A DNA stretch of 64,000 nt, from positions 1 through 64,000 of the forward strand of contig JBBRNJ010000030.1 of assembly GCA_038230375.1 (NCBI GenBank). Direction: 5' to 3'. Both the position numbers and the translations under genes were made by a program. How positions within the stretch are numbered: the stretch's first letter is position 1; each line of letters begins with the position of its first letter. Below are positions 9,755 through 17,662 of this stretch, one piece after another. Below the pieces are notes generated by a model. The model ran no database searches and was not told where the DNA came from. It saw only the letters and a list, made by a program, of their open reading frames with translations. Source of the DNA: Polyangiales bacterium. Lineage in GTDB: Bacteria > Myxococcota_A > Polyangia > Polyangiales > Polyangiaceae.

Positions 9755-9987
9755 AGTGCGCGCGATCGTTTTGGCTTCATCACGCCGCCCCTTGAGGCAC
9801 GGACGCTCTTGCGTTAGCGACGTGGTCTCGGCGCTGATCTGCGTCGTGCTTGCACGACGTTGGCGTTAGCCATTGCAGGGAGGCGCGGAGCGACGAGGGG
9901 GCGCAGCCCCACGCGACAGGGCAGTGATGGAGGCGCACCCAGCGGTGAGACGCTCCGGTCCCGAACGAACCCCGATGCGTGGACAAA

Positions 9988-10557
9988 CTACTGCGAGGGG
10001 AAGTTTGCTGCTTTTGTGCAGGAGTTCTTGTCTACGAGGACGCCGGCGGTGCCGGACTTTAGCCAGCTCACGATGCAGGCCTCGGCGTCGTCGCCGCGGG
10101 TGATCGCGGGGCCGCCCTTGTGGCGCTCGAGCTCGAGGGGCTTCTTGAGGATGAGCAACGAGTACGGATCTGCGCCGTGCGCGCGCACCTGCGTCAGCTG
10201 CTCCGGCTCGAGGTCCACGACCGAGAGATAGTTCGCCGTGATCTCTTCAAGCGTCGTGGCGCTCTGACCAGGTGCTGCGCCCGCCTCGTTCGGCAAGCGC
10301 AGGCCCCCGCTCGAGTAGATCTTCATGTTGCGTGCCGCGCTGCCATGACAGTCGAGGCTGCCGCAGTGCTTCTCGAACACTGTCGAGACACCCTGGCTGC
10401 GGAAGTCGCCGGCGAATGACTGCGTCGCGCTCGCGCCAATGTCCACCTGCGTGGTGAACGTGTCCTTCCCGGACACGGTGCACGCGCTCTCTGCCCAACC
10501 CACCGCGGAAGCGGCGAGGAGGGTGAGCAGGGCACCTGTGCGTATGGGGTTCGACAT
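9988..10557 (-). CDS. Putative monoheme cytochrome c lipoprotein (CX4CH)
   Basis: Start MSNPIRTG, 2 bp after the upstream stop; signal ending ESAC; CGSLDCH motif; SLLILKKP...HKGG...W C-terminal pattern. Confidence 0.75.
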   Translation of the reverse strand: MSNPIRTGALLTLLAASAVGWAESACTVSGKDTFTTQVDIGASATQSFAGDFRSQGVSTVFEKHCGSLDCHGSAARNMKIYSSGGLRLPNEAGAAPGQSATTLEEITANYLSVVDLEPEQLTQVRAHGADPYSLLILKKPLELERHKGGPAITRGDDAEACIVSWLKSGTAGVLVDKNSCTKAANFPSQ

Positions 10558-10559
10558 GG

Positions 10560-11150
10560 CTAGTTGGGGCTGTTCGCGGCGATGGGGTTGGCTGCGCAGG
10601 TGACGTCGCCGTTCGGGCTTCCGGGCTCGTCGCCACCGTAGAGGTAGACATGGCCGGTCTGGGAGAAGGGATCGTCCGGCGGTACGCCATTGGCGTGGCA
10701 ATGCGCGCACGAACCATCGCGACCGATGGGGCCCTGCATCTGCCGAACGATGTTGTCCTTGGCGATGGAGACCAGTATCGGGAAGTGAGGCCGCCACTGC
10801 GTGGGCGTGACCATGAAGTTGCCGACGCAGTTTGTCTTCGTCGTGAACTTGGTGCCCTCGGAGTCCGTCATGCGGATCTCCGCGTTGTTGACGCCGACCA
10901 TGCGTAGCGGCGAAGCAAAGATGCTGCCCGCCACGACGAAGGGCTTGTCAGCGGCCGGCCCCTGGTCCTGATGGCAGACCACGCAGGGCTGGCCCGCGCG
11001 GTGGAACGCACCCTTGGGGATGCCAGAGGTCTCCTTGCCCAGCGCCGCCGCACCGCCTGAGATCTCGGGGTCTGCGCACGACATGATGCCGGCGACTGCG
11101 AGGCCCAAGGCCAGGCCGAAGAAACGAGGAATGATGCGTGTTGCCCTCAT
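10560..11150 (-). CDS. Diheme cytochrome c lipoprotein with central beta-sandwich
   Basis: Lipobox IMSC; HRAGQPCVVCH and CAHCH flank a carboxypeptidase-regulatory-like segment (TNCVGNF); ATGA overlap with upstream gene. Confidence 0.85.
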   Translation of the reverse strand: MRATRIIPRFFGLALGLAVAGIMSCADPEISGGAAALGKETSGIPKGAFHRAGQPCVVCHQDQGPAADKPFVVAGSIFASPLRMVGVNNAEIRMTDSEGTKFTTKTNCVGNFMVTPTQWRPHFPILVSIAKDNIVRQMQGPIGRDGSCAHCHANGVPPDDPFSQTGHVYLYGGDEPGSPNGDVTCAANPIAANSPN

Positions 11151-13291
11151 TCGAAATCCGCCTCCACGCCGAGCGTCGTGTATTCGCCGAGGCGAGACCT
11201 GACGTAGAACGTGTTGAAGTAGTAGTCGAAGAGCACGTCAGCCGTTGCGACGAGCCCGACCTGAAGTCTACCCGACGCAGGGTCCGTGAGCGAGAAGCGC
11301 GCGCCACCACCGCCCGTGAGTGCGGCGAAAGGGCTGAGCTCACGGTCGCTGGTGCGGAACTTCGGGAGGTCGACCGAGCCGTTCGGTTGCGGCGTTGCGC
11401 CGTAGACGCGCTGGTAGAAGGCGGCGCCCGTCTGGACGTGAAGGTGGCCGTGCGGCCAGACGCGCAGGCGCGGCGAGATGTCGATCATGTAGCGGCTGTC
11501 GCTCGTGGACGCACGAATTCCCCACGTGTCGTCGTAGAGGCGCGAGTCCAGGCGGAGCGTGGCGTTGGTCTTGATGCGCCAGACGTAGCGGCCCGCGACG
11601 GCGAAGCGCACGCGGTCGAGGGGGAGCTGCTCGAGCGGCTTCACGGCAAGGCGATCGGCGTTCACGGTCTCGAAGCTGGCGCCTGCCGGTGGGTTCACGC
11701 CCGCCGCGAACATGGGGATGTAGCGGTACGGCTTGGACTGGTCGCCGTGCTCGTACGAGAGGGTACCGCCGACAGCAAGGACCGACACGCGCGACATGAC
11801 GAACGTGGAGCCCGCGGTGAACTCCTCGGTGCCGAAGTCGCGCGAGAAGACGCTCTCTGGCGTGCCCGCGCGGCCGACGGTGTCCTGCGAGTGCGCGTAG
11901 CCGATGCGCGGCGTGATGGCCTTCTCGTTGAAGTCGCCCGTGAGCGAGAGGCCAAGCGTGCGCGAGACGTAGTCCGCCTCGGTGGAGTATGCGCCGAACA
12001 GCTGCGCGCCCCAGCGATCCGGCTTGTAGCCGCCGGTGAGCGTGACCGCGTTGCGCGTGTCCTTGAAGTGCGGCGACGCGGTGGACGTGACGTCCGGCGA
12101 GGCCGCGGTGAGCATGTCGAGGAGGTAGCTGGCGCCGATGTTCCAACCCGCGGTCGGAGAGCTGACCGTCGCCATGAGGGCGGGCGTGAGCACCTCCACG
12201 CTGTACGAGTCGTTGTAGGCGCTCATGTCCAGGCGCGCGTGCGCGACCAGCGTGGACTTCTGCGACGGCCCGACGCAGTTCATCGCCTCTTCCTGCGACT
12301 TTGCGCCGACGAGGCACTCGAGCTGTGCCTGCGTGAGCGCGGCCGGCTTCAACGTGATCTTGATGATCGCGGTCTCGGTCTCCTTCACTTCGACCTTCTG
12401 GTCGTAGGAGACACGCGCGCCGCGCAGGATGCCTTCCGCGTGAACGGAGTGCGTGCCCGGGTCGATGGTGAAGTTCTCCGTGAATCGGGCGGGAGGAATG
12501 GCGCGCTCGTCGAAGCTGATCTTCAGTTCGGTGACGCCATTCGGGAGCTCGAACTTGGCGTGCGAGACGCGAGGCAAGAGCTCGGTCACGCGCTCCTGGA
12601 TGACCTTGACCGTCGCCTGATCACCCTTCTGCTTCGCGGCCTCCATGGCCTTCACGTTGTCGCGGAGCGCGTCGATGATCTTCAGGGCCTTCGCCTCGCA
12701 ACCGGCGAGATGCATGCGCGTGCGGATCTGCTCTTCGATCGTGAGCGCGGCCTTGTCCTTGTCGATGCACTCGGTGAAGTTGCCAGCGGCCTCTGCCGTG
12801 ACGGCGGCCTTCGCCAGATCGAACGCCTGCTTGGAGGCGAAGCCCGCCTTCTGCGCGTCGTCCGGCTGGGGGTTGTCGGCGATCCATTTCTTCTGCGCGG
12901 CCTCGAAGGCCGCCTTCATGGGCGGCGTCGTGCCCTTCTCGGGGAGGGCCGCGTTGGGGTCCTCCTTGAAGGCGTCCACGAACGACTTGGTGGCCTCATC
13001 CGGCTGGTTGATCTGCGCATTGACCATGCCGGCAGCCACGTGCGCGCGCGCTAGTACCGCGGAGCTGCACTTGCCTTTGCACTTGTCGATGATGTTGCGG
13101 AGCTTCTTTTTGGCCTCGCCGAAGTTGGCGTCCGCAAGGTCGCCGGTCACGACCTTGTCGATCGCCACGATGGCGGTGGCGTCGTCTTTCTCGCCAGCGC
13201 GCACGGGATGCACGAAGGCAACGGAGCCGACAAAGAAGGCAAGAGCGAGGGCTAGACCCCGTGAGCGCGATCGCACGTTGTTACCGTACAC
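11147..13291 (-). CDS. TPR + PEGA-like + DUF3570-like outer-membrane beta-barrel protein
   Basis: Signal peptide, helical TPR-like region, PEGA-like IDPGTHSVHAEG. DUF3570-type motifs DMLTAASPDVTSTAS, STEADYVS, EQLP..R.R, RLYDDTWGI, TSDRELSPF; C-terminal aromatic strand. Start uncertain (13291 or ~13277). Confidence 0.8.
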   Translation of the reverse strand: MYGNNVRSRSRGLALALAFFVGSVAFVHPVRAGEKDDATAIVAIDKVVTGDLADANFGEAKKKLRNIIDKCKGKCSSAVLARAHVAAGMVNAQINQPDEATKSFVDAFKEDPNAALPEKGTTPPMKAAFEAAQKKWIADNPQPDDAQKAGFASKQAFDLAKAAVTAEAAGNFTECIDKDKAALTIEEQIRTRMHLAGCEAKALKIIDALRDNVKAMEAAKQKGDQATVKVIQERVTELLPRVSHAKFELPNGVTELKISFDERAIPPARFTENFTIDPGTHSVHAEGILRGARVSYDQKVEVKETETAIIKITLKPAALTQAQLECLVGAKSQEEAMNCVGPSQKSTLVAHARLDMSAYNDSYSVEVLTPALMATVSSPTAGWNIGASYLLDMLTAASPDVTSTASPHFKDTRNAVTLTGGYKPDRWGAQLFGAYSTEADYVSRTLGLSLTGDFNEKAITPRIGYAHSQDTVGRAGTPESVFSRDFGTEEFTAGSTFVMSRVSVLAVGGTLSYEHGDQSKPYRYIPMFAAGVNPPAGASFETVNADRLAVKPLEQLPLDRVRFAVAGRYVWRIKTNATLRLDSRLYDDTWGIRASTSDSRYMIDISPRLRVWPHGHLHVQTGAAFYQRVYGATPQPNGSVDLPKFRTSDRELSPFAALTGGGGARFSLTDPASGRLQVGLVATADVLFDYYFNTFYVRSRLGEYTTLGVEADFE

Positions 13292-13349
13292 AAAAGTGAC
13301 AGCGCTGTGCGAAAGACCCGCATATTTAAGGACGGGTCAGCTGGGGCCG

Positions 13350-13886
13350 TCAGTTCGGCGGGGCCCCGCAGGCCATCCATGTGGACAGCTTGCAGAGGTC
13401 GTCCTCGCTTGGGTCCTTGCCTGGCGCAAGAGGCATTTTGTTGCCGCAAGAACCCTGCAGATTGCAGATAATCCCTGCCTGGCCGCCGTCGGTGTTGAGA
13501 TACGGCGTGCCGCCCACGGAGATGTTGCTCAGCGACGTGATGCACGCGGCCGCGCCCCCGTCCGGGCTGCACGTGAGCGGCGGAGGTTGCTTGTTGCCGC
13601 CGTGGCAGACAGCGTCCGCGCAGTGCCATGTGCCGTTCGCCGTGAAGTAGGGCAGCAGATCGCGCGTGAACGAGACGACACAGCCACCGTCTGCGAGCAG
13701 CTGCGGGCCGCCGTCACCCGCGCAGCTGAGGGGCGACACGCCGCCGCCGTCGCCAGGAAGGTTCTTGCGGAGGAGGCCATTCGGATTGCCGTACTCCTGC
13801 GAGGGAGGGTCCGCGCACGAGATCGCGAGCGCCGTACCGGAGACGACGAAGGCCAAGGCGCCTGCTGCGATGAGCGATCTACGCAT
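13350..13886 (-). CDS. Putative monoheme cytochrome c lipoprotein (CX4CH)
   Basis: Start MRRSLI, lipobox AISC; VSFTRDLLPYF...CADAVCH...KMPL...W..GA..N resembles planctomycete-type cytochrome c. Confidence 0.8.
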   Translation of the reverse strand: MRRSLIAAGALAFVVSGTALAISCADPPSQEYGNPNGLLRKNLPGDGGGVSPLSCAGDGGPQLLADGGCVVSFTRDLLPYFTANGTWHCADAVCHGGNKQPPPLTCSPDGGAAACITSLSNISVGGTPYLNTDGGQAGIICNLQGSCGNKMPLAPGKDPSEDDLCKLSTWMACGAPPN

Positions 13887-13917
13887 CACCAAAGCGTAGC
13901 AAGAGCAGCACGTGCGG

Positions 13918-15108
13918 TCACGGTAATGCGGTGATCCAGTCGTCGAGCTTCTGGAGGCCAACGGGGTCCGCGATGCGCGAGACCAGTGGGGGCATCTGGG
14001 TCTTGTCGGAAGGAGTCTGATTCGCAGGAACACGGGCGTGCGCCAGCACGGAGATCAGGCTGGCCGTGGGCGATCCCCGCTTGATCAACACGTAGTTTCC
14101 CGGGCCCGCGTCCGACGGAAGCGCGATGTCGCTCTGCTGATCGACCGTGGTGGTCCACGCGGGCAGTGATGTGACCGGGGGCAATGTGCCGCCATCGCCG
14201 ACGAAGAGCAGCGATGGCTTGGTCAGTAGGTAGAGGTGAGACTGACCGCCCGCGGCGGCGTGCTCGTTGTGGCAGACGCCGCAGTTCACATGCAACCAGC
14301 CAAGGGCTGCGGCGGCCTTGCCGGTGGTGTCCTCGGGGAACGCGACCGTGGTCTGTGACGGCGCCTTGGTGAGCAGGTTCATGGCAACCAGTGCGTCCAG
14401 CGTGAGGCCGACGGTGCCCGGCGTGCCAAGGTTCACGGCCTCGAGGCCGAGCAGCTTGTCCTTCTGCCCGTCGTGGCACATCGCGCAGTCGTTGATGGAG
14501 GGAATGACGTAGGGCGGCTGCCCAGCGCCCCTGCTCACCTGCGCGCCGCCAGTGATCTTCACGGCGTCGCTCTCGTCCGCGGCCCACTGGTACGTGGCGA
14601 ACGTCCAGTCGTTCGCGCGCTTCTTGTAGACGCGCGTCTCGATGCGTTTGCCATCGAGCTTGAACTCCTTCCACGCCGACGTCCCCACAGGCCAGAGCCA
14701 CGTGTCGATGTCCGTGGTGTCGACCTGCGTGCTCGCCGGCAGCATCAGCCAGCGCTGCTTCTCGGCGCCGTCACTCCAGAACGGCAGGCCTGGCGTGTAC
14801 GGCAATGCGCTGGCCGCGACGGCCTTCTGCGCGATGTCCGTGTAGAGCGGCGCGCACTTGAGATGCCTGTAGAGTCCATCCTTGTCGAGGTCGGTCTTGC
14901 AGTCCACCGGGCCGACGACGATCGTGCCCGCGTCGGGCGCGCTGCCATCGTCGGCAGAGGGCGATGCGCCGTCATCGCCGCCATCGACGGGTGCGTCGTT
15001 GCTCTTCGTGCCGCAACCCGCGTGCAACGCCGCGGCGGACCCGAGCAGCATCGCGACGAGCAGCGACACGTGAGAGCGAGCGCCGACGGCCATGTGTGAA
15101 TGGTACAC
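13918..15108 (-). CDS. Diheme cytochrome c lipoprotein, SO2930/TIGR03806-like
   Basis: FWSDGAEKQRW, WKEF, IETR, CAMCH, LHVNCGVCH, QMPPL; lipobox HAGC; start may be 15093. Confidence 0.85.
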   Translation of the reverse strand: MYHSHMAVGARSHVSLLVAMLLGSAAALHAGCGTKSNDAPVDGGDDGASPSADDGSAPDAGTIVVGPVDCKTDLDKDGLYRHLKCAPLYTDIAQKAVAASALPYTPGLPFWSDGAEKQRWLMLPASTQVDTTDIDTWLWPVGTSAWKEFKLDGKRIETRVYKKRANDWTFATYQWAADESDAVKITGGAQVSRGAGQPPYVIPSINDCAMCHDGQKDKLLGLEAVNLGTPGTVGLTLDALVAMNLLTKAPSQTTVAFPEDTTGKAAAALGWLHVNCGVCHNEHAAAGGQSHLYLLTKPSLLFVGDGGTLPPVTSLPAWTTTVDQQSDIALPSDAGPGNYVLIKRGSPTASLISVLAHARVPANQTPSDKTQMPPLVSRIADPVGLQKLDDWITALP

Positions 15109-15133
15109 GTGCCTGCGCGTCGTGACGACGCCT

Positions 15134-16465
15134 TCAGTGAACGGGTGTGGGCACGTCGGAGTCGGACTGCACGCACGCGGATAGATCGAAGAAGAGGAAC
15201 TCCAGCGCCTTCTGTTGCGGCTTCAGATCGGTCATGGCGCCGCAGCCGGTGGGCCACTGCTCGCCGCCCGCCGGGAACACGTGGATGTCGCTGAAGACGA
15301 CGCGCCCGCACTGCTCGCTTGCCGCAGCGGCGATGGGAACGTTGAACGTGAAGTACTTCACGTCGGTCGCGTTCACGTCGATCCAGTCCTGGCTGGTGGC
15401 CGGGTTCACCGTGCCGACGCTCTGCGTGACATTCGCGAGCGAGATCTGTCCTTCGATCTGTGAGGCGTTCACGTTGACGAGCCACTTCGCGAACGCCTTG
15501 CCCTTCGGGAACGTCTCGTTGACGTTGAACGTCGAGCCAGAGCCGCCGCCCCCGGGCACCCACGTGGCGACGGTCTTCCAGTCGTCCTGGGGCCCATTCT
15601 TCAGCCATGTGTAGTGGTAGTGCGTGCCGAAGATGCGACCGCCGGCCTCGGCGTAGTCGTGCATCGCCTGCATGTTCGTCTTGTTGTCGTTGTGCTCGGC
15701 GCCCTCGCACGAAAGCGCGACGATGTCGTACGCGGACAGATCGGTCGAGTCGTTCCACAGGGAGGTCTGTGCAGAAGGCGTGTTCGGCGGGCCGTTGCCG
15801 CCGAACCCGTTGAACATGTGGACGTGGCCCTTGCCGCCGGCTCCGGGCACGAACTCCGACTCGTCGATGCCGAAGTTGCGGAGCAGGCACTCGAGCGCAT
15901 CAAGCGCGCCGGTGGTGACGGCGATCTGCGGCATGTCACCTTCACCGCCGTTCCTGGGAAGCGTGATGTGGCCCGCCGAGACGCACCTGGTACTCACGTC
16001 GATCGGCACCACCTTCCGCCACTTGCCGACCTGGACGACGATGCTGTGCGTGCCGAACGGCACGTTCGTCAGCGTGAACGCGCCGGACTCATCCGTGCGC
16101 GTGCTCACGAGCGGATTCAGGACGGTGGAGCCGCAGCGCTCGCACGAGACGCCGGTCTTGAGCGGCGGGAGCTTGGCTCCGGCCTTCGGGATGTAGACGC
16201 TCACGTTGTAGAGCGGGTTCTTGCCCGCAGGATCGAGGACGAGCCCCGTGATCGTCGACGTCTGGCTGATGAGCGAGAGCCCGCCATCGTCCTCCGGGAC
16301 GTCGCCGCATCCTCCTCCGTCGTCGGCGCCAGGATCCCCCGCGTCGGCCTCGTGAGCGGACAGGTCCGAGATCGGGGGGTGCTTGCGGGAGCCGCATGCC
16401 AGCCCGACGAGGGACAGCAAGACGAACGAACCCAGGACCGACCACGACCGCGAGAGAGCCACCAT
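15134..16465 (-). CDS. Carboxypeptidase-regulatory-like domain lipoprotein (myxobacterial family)
   Basis: Lipobox GLAC; ITGLVLDPAG...TDESGAFTLTNVP.G...VQVGKWR; D.LECLLR; CGRVVFSDIHV; QKALEFLFFDLSAC. Confidence 0.85.
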   Translation of the reverse strand: MVALSRSWSVLGSFVLLSLVGLACGSRKHPPISDLSAHEADAGDPGADDGGGCGDVPEDDGGLSLISQTSTITGLVLDPAGKNPLYNVSVYIPKAGAKLPPLKTGVSCERCGSTVLNPLVSTRTDESGAFTLTNVPFGTHSIVVQVGKWRKVVPIDVSTRCVSAGHITLPRNGGEGDMPQIAVTTGALDALECLLRNFGIDESEFVPGAGGKGHVHMFNGFGGNGPPNTPSAQTSLWNDSTDLSAYDIVALSCEGAEHNDNKTNMQAMHDYAEAGGRIFGTHYHYTWLKNGPQDDWKTVATWVPGGGGSGSTFNVNETFPKGKAFAKWLVNVNASQIEGQISLANVTQSVGTVNPATSQDWIDVNATDVKYFTFNVPIAAAASEQCGRVVFSDIHVFPAGGEQWPTGCGAMTDLKPQQKALEFLFFDLSACVQSDSDVPTPVH

Positions 16466-16487
16466 CAGGATCGTATCAGCGATCTGG

Positions 16488-17585
16488 TCAACGCACGCTC
16501 TCGAGGGCGCGACGGATCTCGCGCACCGTGGTGGGCCACACGGATGACGCGCCGGTGAGAAGCTCCTCGAGATACAGCGCGAGCGAGTGACCCACCGGCT
16601 CCCTGCGGTCGTCGCGAAACACCTTCAGGACCGGCATCAAGATCTCGTCGGTCACGTCCAGGCACAGCAACGAGTCGTCCGTCACCTCCGCGAGCGGCAG
16701 GAGCCCTTGTGCCATCTGCGCGCGCGTCCGAAGCATGGGGTGAATCATGTAGAGGCCGATGCGCTGCAGCCGCTCGCGCGTCATTGGATCGGAGAACGCG
16801 AGGTCGTAGAGGTCGTGGTACACGCCGGGCAGCACGCGATCGATCCGTCCTTCGAGCTCGTGGAGCCCATTCCGATATTGCGCGCGGGCCTCGTCGTACG
16901 AGGGGCGATCGCTCATGGGCTCCGGGCGGATCATTCCGGAGTCCTCGCGTGGCGTCTCCTCGAACGCCTGCGACGGCGGCAGCACACGCCTTCCGTAGAT
17001 GCTTGGACGATCAGTGATGGTCGCGAGATTCGCGCCTCCGGAGCGACCCAGACCTGGCTCCCATACGAGATCGAACATGCGCCCGACGCCGCGCGCGCCT
17101 GCAGCGCGAAGATGACCATCGCGCGACCACAAGCGAACGAGCTCGCCGCGGATGCTGGTTCGCTCCGTGAGCGTCCACTCGTCCTCCAGGCGGGCAATCT
17201 TGGTCTCGTAGCCGGATGGCCCATCCACGATGTATGCGGCGTACGCCACGCCCGAAAGACCCACGAGTGGAAGGACCTTGTCCGCATCGAGCCGCAGCCC
17301 GCGCTTCACCGTCAGCCGCTCCGTGTCCAGCCGATAGAGCGTGCGCGTGTCGCTGAGGAAGTACGCGTTGTCATCGACCTCCACCAGATGCGGCGTGTAG
17401 AGCGTGTCGTCGATGCGCGCGATCTCCACGCGCTCGTTCTGGCCAGGCGCGCGCATGCTGAGGACGATGCCGTCCCCGCGTGACATGAACAACGTGGCGC
17501 CGCCGCGCGTCGTGAGCACGGGCTCCTCCGTTGCGCGACGGAGGGCAGCGCTGGGGCTCCACGGCAGGATGGCGTCGCGACGCAT
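16488..17585 (-). CDS. Hypothetical protein with C-terminal SMI1/KNR4-like domain
   Basis: C-terminal ELEGRI...LPGVY...LLPLA...LLCLD...PV...SLALYLE pattern; beta-rich N-terminus. Confidence 0.65.
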   Translation of the reverse strand: MRRDAILPWSPSAALRRATEEPVLTTRGGATLFMSRGDGIVLSMRAPGQNERVEIARIDDTLYTPHLVEVDDNAYFLSDTRTLYRLDTERLTVKRGLRLDADKVLPLVGLSGVAYAAYIVDGPSGYETKIARLEDEWTLTERTSIRGELVRLWSRDGHLRAAGARGVGRMFDLVWEPGLGRSGGANLATITDRPSIYGRRVLPPSQAFEETPREDSGMIRPEPMSDRPSYDEARAQYRNGLHELEGRIDRVLPGVYHDLYDLAFSDPMTRERLQRIGLYMIHPMLRTRAQMAQGLLPLAEVTDDSLLCLDVTDEILMPVLKVFRDDRREPVGHSLALYLEELLTGASSVWPTTVREIRRALESVR

Positions 17586-17662
17586 TCATGAATCGTAGCG
17601 CGTGGCGGACGCGCGGCATTCCCGCAGGCGCAACGCACACAGCTACACCTACACCCACCGGG

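Noticed and set aside
11138..13054. 638-aa plus-strand ORF
   Set aside because: Antisense shadow of the DUF3570-like gene, typical of high-GC codon bias; no motifs
16130..16150. CERC as an additional heme site in 15134-16465
   Set aside because: Followed by Gly, not His; more likely a disulfide or metal site
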